Assembly (NCBI GenBank): GCA_963713975.1
Contig: OY970218.1
Coordinates: 1,920,001-1,984,000 of the forward strand
Length of the DNA stretch: 64,000 bases
Direction of reading: 5' to 3'
Origin: an uncultured Chloroflexia bacterium
Lineage (GTDB): Bacteria; Chloroflexota; Limnocylindria; Limnocylindrales; CSP1-4
The notes beneath the pieces are model-generated. The model was given only the letters and a program-made list of their open reading frames with translations, was not told the origin of the DNA and did no database searches. This document shows positions 19,545-28,890 of this stretch, piece after piece. Positions within the stretch are counted from its first letter, which is position 1; each line of letters begins with the position of its first letter. The translations under genes were made by a program, and so were the position numbers.

Positions 19545-21023
19545 TCAGGGCTGGGTAGCGGGCCGCGGGCTCGCGGCCGCCCGTTCGAGGATTGCCGTGA
19601 TCTCCTGCTCGACCGCCTCGGGGAGCGGGGGAGCCTGGTGAGAGTCAAGGATCTTGTTCACGCGGGCGGCGGCGCGCTCCCCGAGCGAGGTGCTGCCGTG
19701 GGCCAGCCACGCGCCGTGGCTCGCCCGGTCGATCAGCGTTGGATACCAGCGTTCGCGGTAGTGGTCGAGGGTGTGTTGCGCCTCCAGAAACGATCCGTCC
19801 GGGCCGAGCGCGTCGATCACGTCCAGCGCGAGCGTCTCGGCGTCGATGGCGACCGGCCCGATGGCGGCCCGGATCCAGGCCGCGATCTCGTCGCAGATGG
19901 CCAGCTGGACGAGCGAGCCCGTCAGCCCGGACTCGAGGTACCCGCTGTCGTGGAGCAGGTGGCCGCCCGCAAGCGCATCGACGAGCATCGTCAGCGCGGC
20001 CTCCGCGGCCGCCTGCTGGTCGACCGCCTTGCTGTCGCTGCCGCCGGCGAGGCTGAACATCGGCAGGTCGTAGTGGTGCGCCAGCGAGGGCACCGTGCCG
20101 CGGTGATCCGGCTCCGCGTAGGGGTCGACCATGGTCCGCAGGTCGAGCGCATCGCCGCCAAAGCCGGGGATCACCACCGGCGTGCCTTCGCGCACGAGGT
20201 TGGCGAGGACCAGCCCCACCAGGACCCCTGCGTTGGTGAGCGCGATGTTGCCGGCCGTCGTGACCGGACCCGTGGTGCTGCCGGACGTCACCGGGATCCA
20301 CAGCGCCGGCAGCCCGCGCTCGGCGAGCGTCAGAAGCTTGCGCAGCGAGTCGCCGTTGTGGACGAGCCCACGGGTGACGTTGATGTACAGCGCGATCATC
20401 GGCCGCTCGCGCAGCGCGTCCGCGCCGCCGGCCACGGCCTCGGCCATCGCGATCGCGTCGACCATCGCGTCCACGTCGTAGGTCACCACCACGAGCGGCT
20501 TCGTGGTGTGGCGCAGCATGACCGCCATCTGCTCGCGATCGGCCATGTCCGGCGACACGTCCGACGGCAGGAACATCGACATCCCGAAGTCCATGTTCGG
20601 GAGCGCGTCCACCAGCGTCAGGCCATCGCGCGTGTCCTGGATCGTCGCCTTGCGCCGCTCCCCGGTGCGGTGGTCGATCGCGTTGAGGCAGTCCGAGCCG
20701 GGCCCGAAGTAGACGTTGTCGCCTTCGAGCACGATGCGTGGCATGCCGCCCCGGTCGAACAGCGTGATCGAGCGCTTCGCCACGGACAGCGCCCACTCGA
20801 CCAGTGATCGCGGGACATGGACGCGGCCGTCGTCGGCCACCTGTGCGCCGGCACCGTGCAGCCGCTCGACCGCCTCGGGATCGTGCAGCACCACGCCGGT
20901 CCGCTCCAGGATCGAGATGCTCGCCTCGTGCACGAGCCGGCAGTCGTCCGCTGTCAGGCGGTCGTAGCGCGGCGACCGCCGGGCGCGCGCAGCCTCGGAT
21001 GCATTCGGGGCAAACGAAACCAC
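19545..21023 (-). CDS. MttB superfamily methyltransferase, non-pyrrolysine, #3
   Basis: VHEASISILERTGV, TTKP, GPVT.AG, SDSKAVDQQAAAE, HD.GYLESG, GP.GSFL...HT. Inferred GTG start at 21023 after GGAGG. Confidence 0.88.
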   Translation of the reverse strand: MVSFAPNASEAARARRSPRYDRLTADDCRLVHEASISILERTGVVLHDPEAVERLHGAGAQVADDGRVHVPRSLVEWALSVAKRSITLFDRGGMPRIVLEGDNVYFGPGSDCLNAIDHRTGERRKATIQDTRDGLTLVDALPNMDFGMSMFLPSDVSPDMADREQMAVMLRHTTKPLVVVTYDVDAMVDAIAMAEAVAGGADALRERPMIALYINVTRGLVHNGDSLRKLLTLAERGLPALWIPVTSGSTTGPVTTAGNIALTNAGVLVGLVLANLVREGTPVVIPGFGGDALDLRTMVDPYAEPDHRGTVPSLAHHYDLPMFSLAGGSDSKAVDQQAAAEAALTMLVDALAGGHLLHDSGYLESGLTGSLVQLAICDEIAAWIRAAIGPVAIDAETLALDVIDALGPDGSFLEAQHTLDHYRERWYPTLIDRASHGAWLAHGSTSLGERAAARVNKILDSHQAPPLPEAVEQEITAILERAAASPRPATQP

Positions 21024-21157
21024 GGACACCTCCCTGCGATGGAGTCGGCCGATCAAGCGTCCTGCCCGGGAGTCCGGGGGCGACAGGGCGGAAGGTCCCG
21101 TCGAAATGGGCCGAGGGACTGTCCGGTCGCTTGCACGGGCACCCGAGACTGGAGAGG

Positions 21158-22777
21158 ATGCCCCATGTGATCCACGGGTCCGAGCGGCGCCCGCTCGTCC
21201 CCGGACGCCTCCTGTACGACGAAGCAGACCAGCTCTCGGTGATCGTGCCCGCCTCGTGCAAGCGCACGGGTCGCTGTCACGAGTGCGTGGTCGAGGTGCG
21301 GACCGGGGCCGACCAGCTGTCGCCACGGACGCCGGAGGAATCCTTCCTGGGTGCCGGGTTCCGGCTCGCCTGCCAGGCGTGGGTCGAGCGCGCAGAACGG
21401 GACCTGGAGTTCGCAGTCCTGCGCCGACGGCTGCGGATCCTCCTGGCGCCCGAGGACCGCGGCGGCTCGCGGGACCTGGACCCGGTCGTCACGATCGAAG
21501 ACGGCCGATACCGCACGGACGATGGCGCGGATCTCGGCGTGGCGATGGGGGCGGCGATCGGGGTCGCGCTCGACGTCGGCACCACCACCGTGGTCCTCGA
21601 GCTGGTCGATCTCGCGACCGGCGGCGTCCTTGCGGTCGCCGCCCTGGAGAACCCGCAGCGCTTCGGCGGCTCCGACGTGATGACCCGGATCTCCTACGAC
21701 GCCGAGCTCCCCGGCGAGCTGCGCCAGGCGCTCCGCCGCGCCGTCAACCACGAGCTCAAGCGGCTGTGCGCGGAGCTCGGGCTGGACCGACGTCAGCTGG
21801 TGGACGCCTACGTCGTGGGCAACTCCACGATGCGAGACATGTTCTTCGGCCTGGACGTCGGCCCCATCGGCCGTCTCCCGTACCGGTCCGTGACGGAGAC
21901 CGACGTGCGGACGGGCCGGGCGGAGACGACCTCGATCGTGCGGCGGGCCCACGAGATCGGCCTGCTGGTCAATCCCCAGGCCCGTGTCACCGGCGGCCCG
22001 CTGATCGCAAGCCACGTCGGCGCGGATGCGGCCGCGGACCTCGTGGCCGTGGAGGCGGTGGGGCGCGGCGGGTCGTTCCTCCTGGTCGACATCGGGACCA
22101 ACAGCGAGATCGTCGTGTCCGACGGGTCCCGGCTGCTGGCCGCGTCGAGCCCGGCCGGTCCTGCGTTCGAGGGTGGCGGGGTGCGCTACGGGATGCCGGG
22201 CGCCGACGGGGCCATCGAATCGGTTCGCATCACGGACGGGCGGTTCCAGGTCAGCATCATCGGCGATCTCCCGCCCGAGGGGATCTGCGGGTCCGGGCTG
22301 GTCGACCTGCTGGCCGAGCTCCGCCGTGCGGGCTGGATGACCAACCGCGGCACGTTCGCGGACAAGGCCCACGAGATCACGGTCGAGCCGGAACGCCCCA
22401 TCACGCTATCGCGGTCCGATGTCGGACACCTCTCCATCGCGAAGGCCGCCACGGCCGTCGGCCAGCGCGTTCTCCTGCGTCGGCTCGGCATGGAGCCCTC
22501 GGACCTCGACCGGGTCTACCTTGCCGGGGGCTTCGCGAACGCCATCGACGTCTCGTCCGCGATCGACATCGGACTGCTGGTGCCCGTGGCGCCCGAGCGG
22601 GTGGTCCGCGTGGGCAACGCGTCGATCGGTGGTGCCCGTACCCTTCTGGTGAGCCGGCGCCGCCGCGCCGAGCTCGAGTCCCTCGTGCGCCGGATCGAGC
22701 ACGTGGAGCTCGAGTCGGAGTCCGACTTCTTCGATCTGTTCACCGACGGCTGCCTGTTCGAGCCGATCACCGTCTGA
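21158..22777 (+). CDS. ATP-dependent reductive activator of corrinoid enzymes (RACE/RamA-like, ASKHA fold, N-terminal 2Fe-2S)
   Basis: C...G.C..C and RLACQ ferredoxin motifs; DVGTTT, NPQ.FG.DV..RI, DIGTN.EI, AGPAFEG, GICGSG, LAGGF, VGNAS. Confidence 0.9.
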   Translation: MPHVIHGSERRPLVPGRLLYDEADQLSVIVPASCKRTGRCHECVVEVRTGADQLSPRTPEESFLGAGFRLACQAWVERAERDLEFAVLRRRLRILLAPEDRGGSRDLDPVVTIEDGRYRTDDGADLGVAMGAAIGVALDVGTTTVVLELVDLATGGVLAVAALENPQRFGGSDVMTRISYDAELPGELRQALRRAVNHELKRLCAELGLDRRQLVDAYVVGNSTMRDMFFGLDVGPIGRLPYRSVTETDVRTGRAETTSIVRRAHEIGLLVNPQARVTGGPLIASHVGADAAADLVAVEAVGRGGSFLLVDIGTNSEIVVSDGSRLLAASSPAGPAFEGGGVRYGMPGADGAIESVRITDGRFQVSIIGDLPPEGICGSGLVDLLAELRRAGWMTNRGTFADKAHEITVEPERPITLSRSDVGHLSIAKAATAVGQRVLLRRLGMEPSDLDRVYLAGGFANAIDVSSAIDIGLLVPVAPERVVRVGNASIGGARTLLVSRRRRAELESLVRRIEHVELESESDFFDLFTDGCLFEPITV

Positions 22778-22784
22778 GGTAGCG

Positions 22785-24551
22785 ATGAGCCCGTCCTCGA
22801 GGTCCCGCACCCGAGCCCACGATGCCGCAGCCGCAGAGGCCGCAGCCGCAGGGGCCGCAGCCGCAGAGGCAGACGCCGCACCGTCCGCCGACCTGCCCAC
22901 CACCGGCCCGGGCGCCCTGCGCCGCGTGCTGGGCTCCGAGGCCGGCTTCGCCACGATCGTGGAGCTCGTGCCCTGGGCGGGCGAGCTGGGCGATGCCCGC
23001 GGCCAGAAGCCCCTGCGCATGGCCGCGGAGCTGGCGGGCAACCCGCGGGTCACCGCCCTCTCGGTCACCGACAACGCGGGCGGCCACGCGAGGCTCTCCC
23101 CCGACGCCCCGGGCGAGGCGCTGCGGGGCCTCGGCCACGACGTCATCGTCCACATCGCCTGCCGCGACCGCAACCGCAACGGCATGCAGTCCCTGGGCTG
23201 GGACCTCCTCTCGCGCGGGCTCACCAGCGTCCTCGCTATCAGCGGCGACTACCCGGTGGCTGGCTACGAAGGCCTGCCCAAGCCCGTGTTCGACATCGAC
23301 TCGGTGGCCCTGCTCGAGCTGCTCCACAGGCTGGGCATGGAGGCCGTGGCCAAGGCCGCCAGCGACGGCGCCCCCGACCCCGAGCAGCACTGCTTCTTTC
23401 TCGGCTGCGCGATCGACCCCTTCAAGCGCCTCGAGCGGGACCTCGTCCCCCAGTTCCTCAAGCTCGCTCTGAAACAGCGCTCGGGCGCCGACTACGCGAT
23501 CACCCAGGTCGGCTATGACGCGCACCGCCAGGACGTGCTGCTGCGCTGGATGCGCCGCGAGTCGATCTCGATGCCCGTGGTCGGCAACGCCTACATCCTG
23601 TCAGGCCCCGTCGCCCGTGCCTTCAACGCAGGGAGGGTGCCCGGCTGCGTGGTCACGGACGACCTGCTGCGGGTGGTCGAGCGCGAGGCAGCGTCCTCCG
23701 ACAAGGGGCGAGCCTTCTTCCTCGAGCTTGCCGCCAAGCAGCTGGTCGTGTCCCGGGGCCTGGGCATGCGGGGCATCTACATCTCCGGGCACCGGGATGC
23801 CGCCGAGGTGGGCCGCGTGCTCGAGATGGCCGACGCCCACGACCCTGCCGACTGGCGCTCGCTGGTGAAGGACGTCTCCTTCGGCCTGCCCGGCGCCTTC
23901 GAGCCGTTCGAGCCCGACGGTGCGGGGCTGTCCACCGACGAGCTCAACCGCACCTGGGCCCGCAGCCTCACGCCGCAGGCTCGCACGCGTGCCCGCCGCG
24001 ACGTCGACCCCTTCTACAAGCTCAACCGCACTGTCCACGGGCGCGTCTTCGAACCCGGGACCCCGGGCTTCCGCGCCTGGGCGGCCGTGTACGGGAGGAT
24101 CGAGGCGCTCCACGTGGGCAAGCCGCTCCACGTGTTCGAGCAGGCGGTCAAGGTCCCGCTCTACGACTGCCGCGACTGCGGCGACTGCAGCCTGCCCGAC
24201 CTCGCCTACCTGTGTCCCGAGAGCCACTGCCAGAAGAACCAGCGCAACGGCCCCTGCGGCGGTGCAAAGGACGGCATGTGCGAGGTCCCTGGGCACACCT
24301 GCGTCTGGGCCGATGCCTATCGCCGGCTCAAGCCCTATGGCGAGGAGCGCACGATGCTCGAGCGCCCGGTCGTGGTCCAGGACAACGACCTGCGCCGGAC
24401 CAGCGCCTGGGGCAACACCTTCCTCGGCCGCGACCACTACGCCCGGCGGGCCGAGGTCCAGGCGACCCTGGCCGTCGCGTCCGCACCACCGACCACCCCC
24501 GCCACGGCCGCCACCCCAGTGTCCACTCCCGAGAAAGGACCCCGCTCGTGA
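22785..24551 (+). CDS. metF: Methylenetetrahydrofolate reductase (MetF) fused to a C-terminal Cys-rich MetV/MTHFR_C domain
   Basis: VTDN, HIACRDRNR, LAISGD, K...GADYAITQ.GYD; C-terminal CRDCGDC...CP...C.K..RNGPCGG...CEV...CVW. Confidence 0.85.
   Translation: MSPSSRSRTRAHDAAAAEAAAAGAAAAEADAAPSADLPTTGPGALRRVLGSEAGFATIVELVPWAGELGDARGQKPLRMAAELAGNPRVTALSVTDNAGGHARLSPDAPGEALRGLGHDVIVHIACRDRNRNGMQSLGWDLLSRGLTSVLAISGDYPVAGYEGLPKPVFDIDSVALLELLHRLGMEAVAKAASDGAPDPEQHCFFLGCAIDPFKRLERDLVPQFLKLALKQRSGADYAITQVGYDAHRQDVLLRWMRRESISMPVVGNAYILSGPVARAFNAGRVPGCVVTDDLLRVVEREAASSDKGRAFFLELAAKQLVVSRGLGMRGIYISGHRDAAEVGRVLEMADAHDPADWRSLVKDVSFGLPGAFEPFEPDGAGLSTDELNRTWARSLTPQARTRARRDVDPFYKLNRTVHGRVFEPGTPGFRAWAAVYGRIEALHVGKPLHVFEQAVKVPLYDCRDCGDCSLPDLAYLCPESHCQKNQRNGPCGGAKDGMCEVPGHTCVWADAYRRLKPYGEERTMLERPVVVQDNDLRRTSAWGNTFLGRDHYARRAEVQATLAVASAPPTTPATAATPVSTPEKGPRS
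22824..22868 (+). repeat. 3 x 15-bp tandem repeat GCCGCAGCCGCAGRG (Ala-rich N-terminus of MetF)
   Basis: Read directly; encodes AAAAE AAAAG AAAAE. Confidence 0.85.
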
Positions 24552-25588
24552 AGCTCGACCGCGCCGGATCGCCGTTCCAGATCGTCGGCGAGAACATCCA
24601 TGCCACCCGGGTCCTGAAGCGGGCCGGCAAGCACGCGGTGGAGCTGGATGACGGCACGACCGGGATCGCGTTCGTGACCGGCGACGGGACGGCGCTCGTC
24701 CTGCCCGTCCACCCTGACCTCGCCGCCGCCCGCGACTTCGCAGCGGGCAAGATCAAGCACGTCCAGAGCGCCGTACGCTGGGGACTTGACGGCGGCGAGC
24801 AGGCGGACACTGCAGCCGCCTACGTGCGCGCCCTTGCCGCCCGTCAGGAGGCCACCGGCGCCGACTGGCTGGACCTCAATGCGGACGAGGTCTCGGCCGA
24901 CGCCGGGCTGCGCGCCGCGGCCATGGCCTGGCTGGTCACCATCGTCGAGGCGACCGCAGTGGTGCCCGTCTCGATCGACTCATCCGACGTGGGCGTGCTC
25001 GCCGCCGGTGTCGCGGCATCCACCCAGCCGCGGGGCCGGCTGCTGCTCAACTCCGCGTCGCTCGAGCGGCCCGACGTCCTCGACCTCGCCGCGGAGACCG
25101 GCTGTGCCGCGATCCTCGCCGCGAGCGGCCTGGGCAGCATGCCCGCCGACGCGGAGGAGCGCGTCGCCAATGCGGTCCGCCTGATCGAGCTGGCCATGGC
25201 CCGCCAGATCGCACCGGACCTGCTCTACGTGGACCCGCTGGTCCTGCCCGTCGCCGTGACGGGGGAGGCCCCGGCGCATGTGCTCGAGGCGGCCCGCCAG
25301 CTTCGCGCGGAATACGGCGACACGATCCACCTGACAGGCGGCCTGTCCAACGTCTCGTTCGGCATGCCGGCCCGCAAGCTGCTCAACGACACGTTCATTG
25401 ACCTCGCGGCCGAGGCCGGCATCGACAGCGGGATCATCGATCCAGTGGCGTCGGACCTCGTGCGGGTGTTCGCCGCGGACCGCGACACCGAGGCGTACCG
25501 GCTGGCCGCGGACATGCTCCTTGGGCGTGACCCGTTCGGGGGCGAGTACGTGCGCGCCTTCCGCGAGGGGCGGCTCGGAGCCGAGTAG
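24548..25588 (+). CDS. Methyltetrahydrofolate:corrinoid methyltransferase (AcsE/MtgA-like pterin-binding domain)
   Basis: IVGENIH, GADWLDLN, SIDS, LLNS, DPLVLP, GGLSNVSFGMP.R..LN..F, IIDP. GTGA overlap with metF. Confidence 0.87.
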   Translation: MKLDRAGSPFQIVGENIHATRVLKRAGKHAVELDDGTTGIAFVTGDGTALVLPVHPDLAAARDFAAGKIKHVQSAVRWGLDGGEQADTAAAYVRALAARQEATGADWLDLNADEVSADAGLRAAAMAWLVTIVEATAVVPVSIDSSDVGVLAAGVAASTQPRGRLLLNSASLERPDVLDLAAETGCAAILAASGLGSMPADAEERVANAVRLIELAMARQIAPDLLYVDPLVLPVAVTGEAPAHVLEAARQLRAEYGDTIHLTGGLSNVSFGMPARKLLNDTFIDLAAEAGIDSGIIDPVASDLVRVFAADRDTEAYRLAADMLLGRDPFGGEYVRAFREGRLGAE

Positions 25589-25597
25589 CTCCGGCGC

Positions 25598-26341
25598 TCA
25601 GCCGGCGGGGACGGCCTTGACCACCCCGTCGTCGTAGCTCATCGCCAGCCGCTCGCCCGGCTGGAGCACGAGCACGTCCTCGTTCCAGTCGCCGTCGATC
25701 AGGCGTCGGAGCAGCACCAGGTTGCCCTCGATGCGCTCGAACGCCCAGCCGCGACGGTCCGCCTCGTCGCGCGCCGCACCCTCGGACGTGGCTTCGTCTG
25801 TCACGCCCATTGCGACGAACGCGGCGCGGCCGTAGTGCGTGCGCCAGCCGCCCATGACCTCCATCAGGTAGTCCGCGTTGTCCTCGCCGTACTTCGCGAC
25901 GTACTCGGCGCGGACCTCCTCGATCCCGGCGTCCGTGTCCGAGCCGACGGCAAGGCCACCCACGCTGGGCCGGTAGCCGTCGTTGCGCTCGAGCTGGTCC
26001 GCCACGTACCAGTAGGTGGCGACCTTCCCGTGTTCCTCGAGGTACCGCTCGCGTGCTCCAAGGAACAGCGTGATGCAGTCGTGGGCCCGGGGGAGGATCA
26101 CGGGCACGCCCCGCGCCTCGATCCCGGCCGTGGCGCCACCGCACAGCCCGTAGCCCAGCACGATGGCCTCGGCGCTGGCCGGTGCGTCGTCGATCGCCTC
26201 CTGGAGCTGGTCCCGCAACGACTTCGGCTCGTTGTGCAGGCCGCGCTCGAACAGCCGGATGTCCACGACATGCGGGGAGCGGGCGGCGCACAGGTAGACC
26301 GGACGCGCGAGGACGTCACAGGCAATGGCGTAGAGACGCAT
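25598..26341 (-). CDS. DUF1638 family protein (corrinoid-cluster associated)
   Basis: IAC.V, GLH..P, LGYGLCG, PRAHDCI.LFLG, G....L..L..GDW motifs. Confidence 0.8.
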   Translation of the reverse strand: MRLYAIACDVLARPVYLCAARSPHVVDIRLFERGLHNEPKSLRDQLQEAIDDAPASAEAIVLGYGLCGGATAGIEARGVPVILPRAHDCITLFLGARERYLEEHGKVATYWYVADQLERNDGYRPSVGGLAVGSDTDAGIEEVRAEYVAKYGEDNADYLMEVMGGWRTHYGRAAFVAMGVTDEATSEGAARDEADRRGWAFERIEGNLVLLRRLIDGDWNEDVLVLQPGERLAMSYDDGVVKAVPAG

Positions 26342-26504
26342 CAGGCGGATCGAAGCTTGGACATGGTGGCGATCCTACCGCCTCGGGAGCGGCCCGAGGC
26401 GCGGTGCGTGCAGGTTCGCGGGACCTCCTCCGACGCGCCGGCGTGGTAGCGTCCGCCGATCGGGCGCCGCTGTCCATGGCGCCCACCCCGTGGAGGGTTC
26501 ACCG

Positions 26505-26909
26505 ATGGCAGGCAGCGGCACGCGTGAGGATCCGTGGGACCTCGTGACGGCGAACGGGGGATCGGGGTACCAGATGTGGCGTGACGAGGAGGCAGACCCG
26601 CCTGCCCTCGTGTGCCAGGTGGGCAGCACACAGCTCCGCTACCAGCTGCGTGCGATCGAGGACCTCGCGGCCTGGCTTCGAGAGCAGGGAGACTGGGTGC
26701 CTCTTGGCGGGGCGGACGAGCAGAAGCCCGCCGCGGACGGGACGGTCGAGGCATGGGGCCGGTCCGGGGACAACCCGGTGGGCGGCTGGTACGGCACCCG
26801 CAAGGGCTATCGCGGGCGGTTCGGCGTCTACCTGCCGCCCCTCCTGGAGCTCCTGGGGCTGGCGGAGCTCGAGCACAACCCGAAGAACAACCGCGTCCGG
26901 GCCGTCTGA
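26505..26909 (+). CDS. Conserved hypothetical protein (DUF6855-like)
   Basis: GGAGG RBS; CQVGST, LG.ADEQK, NPVGGWYG, RGRF, EHNPKNNR. Family recalled from memory, not searched. Confidence 0.7.
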   Translation: MAGSGTREDPWDLVTANGGSGYQMWRDEEADPPALVCQVGSTQLRYQLRAIEDLAAWLREQGDWVPLGGADEQKPAADGTVEAWGRSGDNPVGGWYGTRKGYRGRFGVYLPPLLELLGLAELEHNPKNNRVRAV

Positions 26910-26954
26910 GGACCCGCCGGAGCACGCTCGGCCCGGACAGGGCATGCTTGCCCG

Positions 26955-28088
26955 GTGACTTCCCCCAGGACTCCCCGCCCGGAGCCGGCATCGAGCCGCT
27001 CCCCAGCTGCCGGGACCAGCCACGGCCCCGGCGCCTCTCGGACGACCAGCACCCTCGCCGTGGTCGCCATCGTGGTGGCCATGGCCGCCCTCGCGCTGGT
27101 CGCATGGCGCGTCGTGGCTCCGGGCGACACCGGCTGCCAGGCCGCGGCCTGGGACGTGAAGCCCGCGACCGATGACCTCCCTGCCGACTGGACGCTGAGC
27201 GCCACCCAGTACGACCTCAACCGGCAGACCCTGTCGTTCCTGGGGTCGTTGCCCCTCGACGAGGTGTCAGGGCAGGCCGTGGTGTATGTGACGGTCACCT
27301 GCTTCGAGCAGGGGGCTGCCGACGCCGTTTCGCGCTCCGCCGCTGCCGCCGAGGCGGCTGGCCAGTCGGTCACGAGCCGGGATGACCTGGGAGACCAGGG
27401 GTTCAGCGCGGCCGATGACACGGGGTCGATCTTCCAGCAGTTCCGCACCGGGAGCCTCGTGGTGTACCTGGCGGCCTCCGGCGACGCCACCGAAACGGAG
27501 GTGGACCAGCTCGCTTCCGCGTTCGACAAGGCGCTCGGTGGCGACGGCGGCACCATCGCATCGATCGGGCCGGTGCCGGTCGGTGTCGACCCGACTGACG
27601 AGCTCCTGCCTGATGAATCGGTCGTGGCAGAGAGCCCGGCTGCCCCGGATCTCGTCGCCGCCCTGCCGACGACGGTGGGCGGCGTCACCCTGTTCGCCGA
27701 TTCGGCGACCGGCTCGACCATCCTCGGCGAGGACCAGGGCAGTCGCGCCATCCAGGCGGCGTTGCGGGCGGCGGGCAGACAGCCGGACGACCTGCGCGTC
27801 GCACAGGCCTACGATGAGCTGGGAGAGTCGGACCTGTCCATCCTCGGGGTGGCGGTGGACGGGATGCCCCTCGATGCTGTCCGGGCCCTGGTGATGAGCT
27901 CCTGGCTGGCGGCATCGGGCGAGGGCGTGACGATCGACACCGTGCCGCTGGACGGCAAGACGTGGACCAGGATCGACTACGGCGACGGCGGCACCATCGA
28001 CTACGTGCTCGCCGCGAACGACCGCGTGATCGTCGTCACCACCGCGGATCCGGACCTGGCCGCCGAGGCGGCCGCCGCCCTGCCCTGA
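26955..28088 (+). CDS. Membrane-anchored acidic exported protein, unknown function
   Basis: N-terminal TM helix, Asp/Ala-rich extracellular region, strong GC3 codon bias. Confidence 0.7.
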   Translation: MTSPRTPRPEPASSRSPAAGTSHGPGASRTTSTLAVVAIVVAMAALALVAWRVVAPGDTGCQAAAWDVKPATDDLPADWTLSATQYDLNRQTLSFLGSLPLDEVSGQAVVYVTVTCFEQGAADAVSRSAAAAEAAGQSVTSRDDLGDQGFSAADDTGSIFQQFRTGSLVVYLAASGDATETEVDQLASAFDKALGGDGGTIASIGPVPVGVDPTDELLPDESVVAESPAAPDLVAALPTTVGGVTLFADSATGSTILGEDQGSRAIQAALRAAGRQPDDLRVAQAYDELGESDLSILGVAVDGMPLDAVRALVMSSWLAASGEGVTIDTVPLDGKTWTRIDYGDGGTIDYVLAANDRVIVVTTADPDLAAEAAAALP

Positions 28089-28111
28089 CGGGCGTCCGCG
28101 CGTCCTTGGGT

Positions 28112-28129
28112 CCGTCACGGAGCCGTCAC
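28112..28129 (+). promoter_or_regulatory. Tandem direct repeat CCGTCAC-N4-CCGTCAC (OmpR/PhoB-type box)
   Basis: 11-bp periodicity just upstream of an OmpR-family regulator gene. Confidence 0.5.
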
Positions 28130-28158
28130 CGTTGCCGCGCACGATCTGCGGGGCGATG

Positions 28159-28890
28159 ATGTCCCAGATGCCCACCCCGCCTCCCGGTCCCATCCTGGTG
28201 GTCGACGACGACCCGAAGATCGTCGCTCTCGTCCGAACCTACCTCGAGCGCGAGCGCTATCCGGTGGTCACGGCGGCCGATGGTCGTGAGGCGCTCGATG
28301 CCATCGATCGCCTGGCCCCACGTCTCGTCGTGCTGGACCTGATGATCCCGGAGATTGACGGGCTCACCGTCATGCGCCGCGCCCGCGAGACGGGCGACGT
28401 GCCGATCCTCGTCCTGTCGGCGCGGAGCTCGGTGGGTGACCGCATCATCGGCCTGTCCGAGGGTGCGGACGACTACCTGCCCAAGCCGTTCTCGCCCGCC
28501 GAGCTGGTGGTGCGGGTGCGCACGATCCTGCGCCGGACCGAGCGGACCGCGGCCTCCGGTGTGGTCCTCGTGCTCGGCGACCTGGAGGTCGACGCGGACC
28601 GGCACGAGGTGCTGATCGACGGGCGGCCCGTCGCCCTGTCGGCGCTGGAGCTGCGGCTTCTGGCGACGCTGCTGGATGCCGGCGGTCGGGTCCTCGGACG
28701 TGACCGCCTGCTGGACGCGATCCACGGTGAGGGTGAGGGCGACGTCCTGGATCGCGCCATCGACCAGTACATCAAGCGTCTCCGGGAGAAGCTCGGCGAC
28801 GACCCGGCTGTGCCCCGCTACGTCGCGACTGTCCGTGGCGTCGGCTACCGGGCGGCGGGCCCGGTGGAACGGCGGGTGGCTGTGCGGTGA
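28159..28890 (+). CDS. OmpR/PhoB-family response regulator
   Basis: ILVVDDD, LDLM.P..DG, GADDYL.KPF, winged helix ending in TVRGVGY. Start among ATGs at 28156/28159/28168. Confidence 0.93.
   Translation: MSQMPTPPPGPILVVDDDPKIVALVRTYLERERYPVVTAADGREALDAIDRLAPRLVVLDLMIPEIDGLTVMRRARETGDVPILVLSARSSVGDRIIGLSEGADDYLPKPFSPAELVVRVRTILRRTERTAASGVVLVLGDLEVDADRHEVLIDGRPVALSALELRLLATLLDAGGRVLGRDRLLDAIHGEGEGDVLDRAIDQYIKRLREKLGDDPAVPRYVATVRGVGYRAAGPVERRVAVR

Noticed and set aside
15724-21023. Pyrrolysine (TAG) readthrough in the MttB genes
   Set aside because: All three are uninterrupted full-length ORFs and there are no pyl genes in the window.
21024-21157. Cobalamin riboswitch upstream of the corrinoid genes
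   Set aside because: The spacer is short and I could not see a B12-box or the conserved core on either strand. An Rfam scan would settle it.
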